From NCBI GenBank assembly GCA_004431415.1, contig QPMI01000460.1:1-64000 (forward strand): 64,000 nt of DNA, read 5' to 3'. Each line of letters begins with the position of its first letter. Position 1 is the stretch's first letter. Below the pieces are notes generated by a model. That model was not told where the DNA came from and ran no database searches. It worked only from the letters and a program-made list of their open reading frames with translations. This DNA is from Cyanophora paradoxa CCMP329. Lineage: Eukaryota; Plantae; Glaucophyta. Position numbers and translations under genes: made by a program. Shown piece by piece: positions 22,313 to 32,829 of this stretch.

Positions 22313-25300
22313 ATGCCAGGATCCTTATTTTTCTGGCCGGTCGCAGAGGGCGACGTCGTCGCGTGGTTCGGCGAGAACCGTAGAGAGGAACTTGGCACTG
22401 TTACAGCCGAGAACCCTGAGCTGCCGGTATCGGCCAAGCTCCTGTATCAGGTGCTTCTAGTCGTTTTGCAACCTTTTTCAAGAGCGAACGCGACGGCCCG
22501 CCCTCGCCAGATCGCGACCGGCCTGCGCACCGATGAAGAGCCCAACGCACTGAGCAAACTGCCCGAGGGCGTTGACTGCGTGCTCGTCGGCTGCAGTGAG
22601 GCCGGCGCCGTCCACACGTACACATGGAAGACCGGCGCGCGCGCCGGCACGCTCCGGCACGGCGCGGAGCAGATTACGTTCGAGTTCGAGTTCGGCGAGC
22701 TGAGCCCCTGCGGCACGGACTACCGCGTGCTAGTCGGCCCGGCGCCGGCGGCCGGCGGTCCCGGCCAGCAGCAGACCGTGCACCGGCTCGCCCAGCTGGC
22801 GGACGTCGCCAGGGACGAGCCGACGTCGACGGCGGTCGTGAACGTCCTACGGGGCGTTACACAGTGGTTCGGCCTGGCACTCCTGCCAGCAGAGTCCCGC
22901 CCAGCCGGGGTCCGGTCTCTCTTCGACCTGTGGCAGATTCTGCCCCCGCATTACACGACAGTGGAGAGCGCGTTTCTCGAGCTCCTCATCGGGGCCGCGC
23001 AGAACGCCGCCGGCGTCGGCGCCCAGCAGCTCGCCAGCGAGCGTCTGAGCGACGCCAATATCCAGCTCGCCCTGGAGAGCCTCTACGCTTTCGCGACGAC
23101 CCCCTCGGCCTTGCTGCGCGGGAGACACTCGCCCGCGGCCGCGTGGTGACGCCGGCGGATATGCTGGCTTTCTCTCCGTCGGCTCTGATGGCGGCCAACG
23201 GCAGCTATTCGGATGTGAGCGGAGGGGTGCGGGGCGACATGACCCTGCTCTTCGAGGTTTCACGGGCGGCCGCGATTCTGGGCGAGGAGCTGCACGAGGC
23301 GGCGCCGGCGTCTTTCCCCCGGGCGGCTAGCTCGGGCACTGGCTCCGGCCAGGGCGCCGAGGGCCCGCAGGAGCAGTTGCAGCTGCAGCAGCATATGCAG
23401 CAGCAGCAGGTGCCGCCGATGCGGATGACCCCGCGCATCCGACCCTCGATTTCCGGAGCCGCTTCGGCACGGCTGGCCCCGGGCCCAGGGGGCCTTGCGG
23501 CGCCCGGCCTGGGCCGCTCTAGCTTCGCGGCCCGGGCCACTGGTGCCAGCTCCGGCACCAGGCTGGTTTGCGGGGTAGGCATTCCCCGCTGCGCCCCTCC
23601 CCTTGGGCAGACAGCTGAGGCCGCATCGCCGCTTCCGCAGCCGGAGCCTCGACTTGGTGCAGTCGAGAGTGGCCTCGGCAACGCGATGCGAGAGGCTCGG
23701 GCCTCGGCGGCCGCGATGCGTGCTCGCATGCAGGTAGGCCCGGTGGCCCATGTCAAGCGACCGCCACCGGTCGCGACAGCGCCAATGACGATTTCTCAGC
23801 CAGATCCCACGGGGCAGGCCCCCCTGCAGTTCCGGCGGGACCCCCCCATCTTCCCCAGCCAGGGCCCCGGGGTACGCTTGCCACACCCGCCTGGCTTACC
23901 GCGGTTAGCCCGCGCCTCGGCCGACCGCCCACCCTCGCCCGTTCAGGCTCCGCCTCCCTCGGATGAGGACATGTACGAGGTCGATGAGTTTGAGGGTGCC
24001 GGCGGCGCCGGCGGCCCAGCGGCGGCCCCCGCCGCGGGCCGGGGCACGCCCAGGCGCAGCAGCACGAGCTCTACGCTGCGGCGAAGACGGACCCCGCTTT
24101 CGCCAAGCTCATCGGCGCGGCACACGGTGGTGTTCATGAGAACATCAAGCGCCAGCCATGGCGCATGGGCGGCCCGCGTCACTTCCTCGCTGGCTCCGGT
24201 TTCGGCCTTCAGGGCAGCGGCACCGTGCCGCAGCTCAAGGCAGGTTCGATCTATCTCGATCGGGCCGCCTGCAACGGCCTCCTCGGCGATTTCAGCCAGC
24301 TGACCGACGCTGCGGCGGAGGAGCGGATCGATCTGGCCCGACAGGCCCAGATCTACGGCTCGTTCATCGGCCACTCGGTCGCGTTCGACTTGTCCAACGG
24401 AGCGTTGGCCAGCGCTGAGCTGCTGCTGGCCAAGGGCTAGACGTGCTGGCGGCTGCCGATGTCGCCCTGCGCGAGCGCGAGGCCCGCCACGAGCCTGGCA
24501 TTCAGCTCCTGCGGCACGATCAGCAGGAGCGGCCTGCCCAGCCGGCGCCGCCAGAGTTTGTTACGCGGGCGCACCTGGAGGATTTCCGGACGCAGCTGAT
24601 TCAGAACGTCACGTTGAGCCAGGCACAGCAGTGCTATCATCTCGCGGCCACGCACTCGCGGGCCGCGGAGCTGCAGCGCCGCCCCATTGAGGTCGATGCC
24701 ACGTCCGGCATGAAGGCCCTGGTGACCGACGCCACAGCGGCGAACACCAAGAAGGGCACCTGCTTCCCCGCCTCGAACACCGCCGGCATGATCGGCGCGG
24801 CGGCAAGCTTCAGCCGTGCCCTCACGGCCGTGATGCGCCCCTCGCCGGCGACGTACGACTTTGTGTACCTCACGAAGGACGGCGCCGCCAATGGCCCCCT
24901 GGCCCCGCATCCATGGATTTCCTTGCGAGCAAGGACGCGGTGCGGGTTGAGGGCGCCATGGCGGCCGCTGGCACGACTACGCTGAACCTCGAGTTCAAGC
25001 CGCATGCCCCGGGAGCTGCGCCGGAGGAGTGGGGTAGGCAACTCTGCCCTGCGGGCGAGCGCGCTATAGCGAGCGGTCGCGCGCCCCCTCCCCTCTTGCC
25101 GCGCGCGGCCTCATACCAGGGCTCCAAACCGACCCCGGCCCCCGCATGGCAGGCACCCTTGGTGGCGAGTACAAGCGGGTGCTGGCAGCGGCCGGCGGCT
25201 CCACCTGCGTGGCCTCCGCCACGGCCGCTGAGTCGGCCCCCCCTGCCGTGCACCCCCGCCCCCCGGCCGCAGCCCCAAGGCCGGTGCCGGGGCAGGAGGA

Positions 25301-25709
25301 CCAGTTCCCGTTCCCCACCAAGCGCCAGCGCCAGCGGACCGTCGGTGCCGCCGCCAATGCTGCCATCGAGCGGGCGGTCTCCCAGGCTCTCATCAGCCAG
25401 GGCCAGCTACGGCAGCAGTTCGGTCCCCTCAGCGGCCCCCAGCAGTTCGCCCCCATGTTTGGCCCGCCGCCGCAGCCGTTCGCGTTCGCCCAGCCCTTCG
25501 CACCGCCCCCCCCGGCCCCGTACTTCATCCCCCAGCAGGGCCCTGCCCCTGGGCAGTACGGAGGCCGCGGTGGCGGTGGGGGTGGCCGCGGGGGGCGAGG
25601 CCGTGGAGGTGGCCAGGGCGGCCAGGGGGGCCATGCCCCGCGGGGCGGCCACGTGCATGGATACGGCGGCGGCCAGCAGGACTACGGAGGCCAGAGCTAC
25701 TACGAGTAG
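22313..25709 (+). CDS. gag: ORF1 (Gag-like) of the DIRS-order element, about 1100 aa, interrupted by about 5 apparent frameshifts; RGG/Gln/Tyr-rich tail
   Basis: Successive overlapping ORFs (22313, 23160, 24165, 24443, 24913, 25146) lie upstream of RT. It ends GQYGGRGGGGGGRGGRGRGG...GYGGGQQDYGGQSYYE*. The Gag call rests on position only. Confidence 0.6.
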
Positions 25710-28004
25710 TTCTAGCAGTTCCCCTGCCTTGGACCCGCGGTCCCGACGGCCGGGCTTGTCACTACCCCCGGCGACACGCCCTCGCCTCGCGCCGCCGACT
25801 TTCCTGCTGTCTCGCTTAGAGGCGGGCAGGGCCGTCGAGCTGCAGTCTTGTTTCCCCCTTGTAGACCTCATCAGCCTCTCCCCTCATGCAGCCCCACAGC
25901 GCTGCCCGCGTGCACCGACAGACGGGGGCCCGGAGCTAGATCGCCTGCGGACACTTGTTAAGGCACATGGGCCGCAGCCCCCATACGATTTTGCACGTCA
26001 CAAAGCCGCGTTTAGGGCGGGGCAGCTGCGCGAGGCGGCCCCGAGTGGCGCCGCCGCTTCCGGGCAGCAGGCATCGAGGTGCCGGCACGCGTGATGCTTT
26101 GGCTGGAACAAGGCTTCAAAATTCCGCTGCTCCGCCCGGCACCCCGGCAACCGCCCGTTGGGACCCAGCCAACGCGGCAACACCGGAGGACATTCCCCCT
26201 TTCTGCGAGCGCAACCGCCCCTCGTGTTTCATCGAGGTCGACGGTGCCAGTGCACGCGAATTCATTGACCGGGACGTCCTCGAGGACGAGTCCATCGGGG
26301 TGATTGACGAAATACACCCCCCCATGTGGCCGCCGCCCGCGCATTACTCGGCGCTGCACGCGGTTCCCAAGAAGGGTGCGGATCGCTTCCGTCGGTGCCT
26401 CGATGCCCGGTGCATCAACGAGTTCATTCACCTCCGCCGTTTTCGGTATCAAACGCTTGATGACGTCCTAGCCATCATTCGGAGCCTCCGAGGCCTCGAT
26501 CTGTACCTCCTTGCGTACGATCTGCGCAAGGGATATTACCACATTGCCCTGGCGCGCATCACGGCCATCGTGCTGGTCTTTGCTTGGACCTTCCTGAATG
26601 GCATCACGCGCGTTTTCTGTTACAACGCCTTGCCCTTCGGCGTCGCGCTCGCGTGTTACGCGTTCACGAAAGTGATGCGGGCTTTTGCCAAGTATTGGGC
26701 TGCCTTGAAGGTCCTCCTGGGCACGTACCTCGACGACGGCCTCTTCATCTGCCGCTCGTTAGAGGAGGCACTTCTGGTGTCCGAACACCTTCGGTGGCTT
26801 GCCCCACTCCTGCGCCTCACCTTTTCGGATAAAGGACATGTCGATGCGCCGACCCGGCTGCTCATTTACCTCGGTCTCGGCATTGATGTCGGACGCGGCG
26901 AGTGCTTCCTCCCGCCCAAGAAGCTCGATAAGCTCCTCGGCGTGCTTGTGCCTCTTGTGGGCAAGGAGGCGGCCCCCGCGCGAATCCTGCAGAGTATTGC
27001 AGGCTCGCTGAATGCAGCCCGGCATGCCGTAGTGGGCGCACGGCTCGTGGCTCGCCCGCTCACGAACGCGGTCGCTCAGGCGGAGACCCTTGGGTCCGGC
27101 AGCGCGGCAGCCGTCCCGCTGAATGCTCTGGCCCGCCGCGCAATCCGCTGGCTGGCAGAGTACCTGCCGCTTGCCCCCCTGCCCCCTTTGGCGACCCGAA
27201 CAGGCGTATCGCTTGTTCACCGATGCGTCCGGCCTGGGTTACTGCGCGGCGCTCGATGCGCGCCCCTGCGCGTCCCCCGATTCGCTGGACGCCGCTCCCT
27301 GCCGCTCGATCTTTGGCACGTGGCCAGAGGACATCCGGGGCGAAGATAACAGCTGGCGCGAACTGCGGGCCGTCGTGATTGCCGCCGCCGAGCTCTTTCC
27401 CCTCGTCCGCGGCTCGCACATCCTCGTGCGCTGCGATAATTCCTCGGCTGTGGCAGCCGCGGTTCGCGGAAGCCTGTCGGAAGGAATGATGGACCTCGCG
27501 TTGCGCCTTTTCGGCCTTTGTGCTCAAGCGGGCGTCACGCTTGATGTGCTGCATATCGCCGGCCGACGCAACGTCCTGGCGGACGCCGGCTCGCGCACTC
27601 GCCGACCTACGCTGCACTGGGGCCTCGCGCGGCGCATTCGCCACTGGTGCGGTGGGACCACCTGGCCACACGTACACGTGGCATCGCGGCACGACGCCCC
27701 GTTTGACGGATCCGCACGCACCCCTGCGCTGTACACCGTCGATGCACGGCTGCGCTCGGAGTTCCTCGCCTGGCTCTGCACGCATGGCAGCGGCTCTGCC
27801 TGGTTGGTCCCGTACCTGCCCGGCACGTCCTCCTGGCTGGCGCTGCAGCTTGCAGCGTCCCAGCGAGGCTGGTTCCTGCAGGCGCTCCCGCAGAGTGGCG
27901 CCTTCCGCGGGACTTGTTCTTTGCGGAGGGCACCGGGGGGCCGGTGGGGTCGGGCTAGGAGCCTCCCCGTGGCCCCTGTACCTCTGCGTCGCGAGCGACG
28001 CTGA
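25710..28004 (+). CDS. pol: Reverse transcriptase-RNase H (plus degenerate methyltransferase-like tail), frameshifted; true start overlaps the end of ORF1
   Basis: RT motifs: VMLWLEQGFKIP, AVPKKGADRFRRCLDARCIN, DLRKGYYHI, LPFG, YLDD, YLG. RNase H motifs: LFTDAS, ELRAV, VRCDN, HIAGRRNVLADAGSR. Confidence 0.93.
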
Positions 28005-28295
28005 CTGGGTGCTGGGCCGGCCGCAGGGCGCTTCTTCGCCCCGCACTTCGCCCCCCCACCCGTCCCCGTCGGCGGCTACTGGCCCTACGGCCCCGGCGGC
28101 TACTACCACGCAGCCCTCCCGGCGCCCGCGCCATCGCCGCCGCCGACCGGTCTCCGGACCATCGCCAGCCCAGGACGCAACCCTGGGACTGCCAGCGCCG
28201 GGCGTGCGGACCCAGGCTCCACCGTTGGCGCAGTCGCTGCCCCAACTGGGGCGCCAGCCAGCAGCGCTCCCGTCCCGCAGCCTCGAGCTCGACCC

Positions 28296-29410
28296 GTGGG
28301 CGCCGGCGGCGCCACCGGTGCCCGCACGGCTCACGCCGCACGGCCTGAGCTGAGCGTGCACCCGCCACGGCCGCCCCCCTCACAGCGCGTCCGTTCGCTG
28401 CTGGCGAGTGCCCGGGCGACCCAGGCGGCCTCCATCCAGGGCACAACCCGTGCCAAGTACGACGTCTGGTGGGGCTGGTACCTGGCCTTCTGCGGGGGCG
28501 AGCTCGACCCTGTTGAGTCGGACTCGCTCCTTGCCTTTGCCGCCCACCTAGAGAGTGAGGGCAAGAAGGCAGCGTACCTTGCCAAGATCCTCTCGGGCAT
28601 TCGTTGGCAGCTGGCGGCACGGGGCCTGGAGCCCCCGCCCCCCTCCACGACCCGCCTCTTCCTGCGTGGGGCCGCGCAGCGGAACCCGCAGACGACGCAG
28701 CAGGCTACCCCCTCGAGTCGTCGATGCTCGATGCCTGGCTGCGGTCTCCCGCCCTGGCGTCGAAGCCAGTGGCAGCGGCCCTAGCAGACGTGGCGATGGT
28801 ATTGATCGGCATCGCCTGCCTGCTTCGGAGCGAGCAGGTCCTCCACCTCCGCCACTGCGACGTCGTCGTGCTCATCGGCACCCCGGGTTTCGATTTCTCC
28901 TTCCCGTGGGAGAAGACCAACCCTGACGCCTTGAAGCCGGCACGTGTCGTGCGCGTCCTGGACCCGCCACCGCGGCCCCCCGGGCAGCCCCGCAGCCGCC
29001 TGTGGGACTTCGCCCCCGCCGTCCGGGCCTATCTGGCACGATTCCCGCCCGCGGTCCGGTTGTCCACCGACCTCCTTTTTCGCGGCGCGGACGGCCTCCC
29101 CGTGACGTATGATTACATCAACGGACTCATTAAGGAGGTGGCGGCCGCCTCAGGCGCTCAGGGCAGCTGGACGTCCCACACACTCCGCCGCACGGGTGCC
29201 ACCCTGGCAGCCCTTGGCGGCGCCACGACGCGCGAGCTCCGCGTCCTTGGCGGCTGGTCCCACCGCAGCACCACCGCCGAGCAGTATGTCGATGCCGCAG
29301 TGGTCCTCTCCGGCCGGGGCAGTGCCTACATGACGGCCGGCGCCGGGCTGACCTTACCTCTCGGCGCCGGCCGCGCCGGCGCCGCCAGCGCCGGCGCCCC
29401 GCGCCTGTGA
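28296..29410 (+). CDS. Tyrosine recombinase of the element (frameshift near 28710)
   Basis: N-terminal core-binding region (TTRAKYDVWWGWYLAFC...LLAFAAHL). Catalytic residues in LLRSEQ (R), EKTN (K), SHTLRR (HxxR), GGWS (W) and EQYV (Y). Confidence 0.93.
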
Positions 29411-29953
29411 TCACGAGCTCGAGCCCGTAACCACGGCCACCGGGCCACTGCAGCTGTATGTGCACATACGCCACAGTACAGCATGCACATACGCACGCGA
29501 TCGTGATCGCAGTGTACATATAGGTGCTCGCGTAGCACTCAGGCCCGTGCCCGGCGCCAGCACTCGCGCTATAGATCTCTGGCCGCCGGGCTGACGGCGA
29601 CTCGATCACGTCACATTTGAATTCTCGCTGCCTGAGGTGTATACGTAAACTTGGGTAGATCTAGCGATAGATAAACCACACGAGGCCAGAGCCCCTCGCT
29701 AGAGTCACGGAGTACTGGCCGGTCAAGATCTCGCGCCCGAGCCGCACTCGAGCTCAGTGAAACGTATATTGCGTACGACTGCTAACTAAATACGTATACG
29801 TGCCCAACTACGCATAAATATACATACATATTAATATTCAGAGTGCTATTGACTGGCCGCCTAGCATATATATATACGTCTGCCAGACAATTTATGTCTA
29901 TCTGTATACAGCGAGAGGTGTGATGCTGGCCCGGGTACCCTGCCTGGCCGGCC

Positions 29954-30525
29954 GGCGGTACAGCGTACCTCCGGCTATCATCCATCATTGCTCAATTATT
30001 GTAGACGTATAGTATGCTTCTTGAGTGCGCGCCAAGAGGGCCGACCAGCCCCGGCCGGGAAACATGCAGTGAGGGAACGGTCACCCCGTTTCTTCCCTCC
30101 TGCCCCGTGCCGGAAAAAAGATCTGGTCGCTTTTCCCTCCTGGCCGCGCAGCGGCACACCGGGGCGATGAGATACTCGCCCCGGGGGCTCGCCTATGCTG
30201 AGCCTGATCACGAGGCGTCGTCCTCTCTTTTCTCCCCGCGCCATTCCCGTGGATCGTGCACGTGCGCGCACGCGCGCCGTGACGTCGATCCCGTGAGTGA
30301 AAGCGATAGGCGCAAATGTTATTGTGTCAACCAATGAGGCCGCACGAGTGAGCGCCCGGCGGCGCTGGCGCAAGCCAGCGCTCGGCAATGACAAGCCGGA
30401 GTTCGCCAAGTAATACGTAATATTAGCGCTCGCTCGTGGCGGCCGACGCGGCCGTGGTTAGATATACGGCAGTGCCCTAAGGGAGGCGGCGCGTGAGCCC
30501 GGCAGCTGGCGCACAGAAGGAGAGA
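29954..30525 (+). repeat. Split direct repeat B1 (copy B2 at 31117-31689)
   Basis: The 572/573-bp copies ggcggtacagcg...cagaaggagaga differ by one homopolymer C as read by eye. Confidence 0.95.
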
Positions 30526-31937
30526 TAATAGATTACGCTGCAAGGCGTGATCAGTTTCTCTCCGCCGGAGCGCGCTGCCGGGGCCGCGCCCTTACCTCCG
30601 GGGTACAGCCTGCGCACGGCCGCCCACAGTACCCCCACTTTCTTTTCGGCTTCGCGTTAGTTGCAGCTTCGCGGCCCGCCCGCCTCTCCCGGAACTTCGG
30701 AAGCCGCGATCGCGATTAACTGGCCTGGAGCACCGGCAGGTGCCGGGCTATTTTCCGAATTTTTCAACGTTAACCCAACGATACGGTCTAGCTATAAGAA
30801 TTAATCGGGGAGGGGACCCGGAAACTCACGGCCGCAGGTCGGTTCTGGAAATCAATCGGTCTGGATGCTTGGATCCAGGGCCCAACCCCCCTCGTTTTCC
30901 GTTGCTAGGTAGGGCGCGGGGGAGAGAAGCTTTTTCATCAATGGGTGCGGGGCGGCACGCTGGAGGGGCGTGCGCTCTGTTCTGCCTTGGGCGCACCCGG
31001 TCGGGGCGGGGAAACCGTCATGCCCCCGATCCCTTTCTCTTTCCGCTGGGACGAACAGGCGGAGGGGCCGTTCGTTTCCACCGTTTTTACGGCCCCACAT
31101 TCCTATGTGCCGGCCGGGCGGTACAGCGTACCTCCGGCTATCATCCATCATTGCTCAATTATTGTAGACGTATAGTATGCTTCTTGAGTGCGCGCCAAGA
31201 GGGCCGACCAGCCCCGGCCGGGAAACATGCAGTGAGGGAACGGTCACCCCGTTTCTTCCCTCCTGCCCCGTGCCGGAAAAAAGATCTGGTCGCTTTTCCC
31301 TCCTGGCCGCGCAGCGGCACACCGGGGCGATGAGATACTCGCCCCGGGGGCTCGCCTATGCTGAGCCTGATCACGAGGCGTCGTCCTCTCTTTTCTCCCC
31401 CGCGCCATTCCCGTGGATCGTGCACGTGCGCGCACGCGCGCCGTGACGTCGATCCCGTGAGTGAAAGCGATAGGCGCAAATGTTATTGTGTCAACCAATG
31501 AGGCCGCACGAGTGAGCGCCCGGCGGCGCTGGCGCAAGCCAGCGCTCGGCAATGACAAGCCGGAGTTCGCCAAGTAATACGTAATATTAGCGCTCGCTCG
31601 TGGCGGCCGACGCGGCCGTGGTTAGATATACGGCAGTGCCCTAAGGGAGGCGGCGCGTGAGCCCGGCAGCTGGCGCACAGAAGGAGAGACGTTAACGGTG
31701 CGGCCCCGTATGCGGCCCAATAATGCGGGGCGCCGCGCCGGCTGAAATTTCCTGAAAAGCGCATGCATAAGTATACCGTATACGTACCAGGTATATATGG
31801 CGGGCATTGGCGGGCCATCCGGGGATTCCGGGCCCATCCCGGCCATGGCGGCTGCTCAGTGTGGCGTACCCCAGCAACTTGCATGCATATGCTTGCAATT
31901 GCATTTTTTGACGTGATCATTTTTTTTTGAGAGACTA

Positions 31938-32198
31938 CCGTGTAACACTAAATTAACAGCCCGTTAATTAACAGGTTATAAAATCTGGCCCTCCCTTAGG
32001 CGAAATAACAGAGTCCCAAATTAACAGATCATGCAAATTTAGGCTTGTATGAGGCCGTGATTTTGGGGGGTAGATAGTATGCGACCACTGACAGCAGTGA
32101 ATTAGCAGAGGCCCAAATTAACAGACTATGTCAAAATTTCGGTCTGTTAATTTGGGACTCTGTTAATTAAGTGGGTCCAGTATTTATGTGTTACACGG
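31938..32198. mobile_element. Tc1/mariner(pogo)-type MITE
   Basis: TA|ccgtgtaacac...gtgttacacgg|TA, with subterminal aaattaacag repeats. Confidence 0.85.
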
Positions 32199-32829
32199 TA
32201 CGGTGGGGCGAACCCCCCGTAGGTAGTGATATTAAGGACAACAAAGCAATCACAAATCAAAGATACAGTAAAGTAGCACAAAATACAGAATCAAGAGGGA
32301 TCACGAGAAGGGACAAGATCAGATCTAGAAGAACGCAAAAGATAAGGAGAACGCGTACGAGCACGAGGAGAAGGAGTAGAAGAGCTCAAGGACGTCGACG
32401 CAGAAGTACTAGTCACACTAGAACGACGTGATCATGTGTCGTTATATAATTATCATGAGACTCGGATTCACGAGTCGCCGACTCGACGCCGAGTACTAGT
32501 CGTGAGTCGGACTCGTGACATGACATTGATGATGACAACGGTACCGTAGTAGTACCGGTGACATGCACTGACATCAACATCGCGGCCCCGGCCGCGGCGG
32601 GCCCGGCCGCGGCGCGGGGCCGCCGCGGGCGCCGCGGGGCCCGGCGGGGGCATTTCGAATGCCATGATGATTCCTGCAGCCTGCAGCCTGCAGGCTCAGG
32701 GGCTGCAGGCTGCAGCTGACTCAGTGAGTCCCCCTCGACCTCGAGCTCTGCTGCTGTCTGCTGAATCACAAAATTGAATCACACAGGAGGGTAAAATGCT
32801 GAAATCGAAATGATAGCCTAGTACATCGA

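Larger units (their letters stand above)
21601..31689 (+). mobile_element. Complete tyrosine-recombinase retrotransposon (DIRS order, PAT/Ngaro-type split direct repeats)
   Basis: Layout: A1 21601-21750, then gag-like, RT-RNase H and YR ORFs, B1 29954-30525, A2 30525-30674, spacer, B2 31117-31689. No TSD. Confidence 0.95.

Noticed and set aside
21548-31875. hAT-like host element into which the retrotransposon inserted (tagggggtac left end)
   Set aside because: The right end matches only partly (gtacccca) and no TSD was found.
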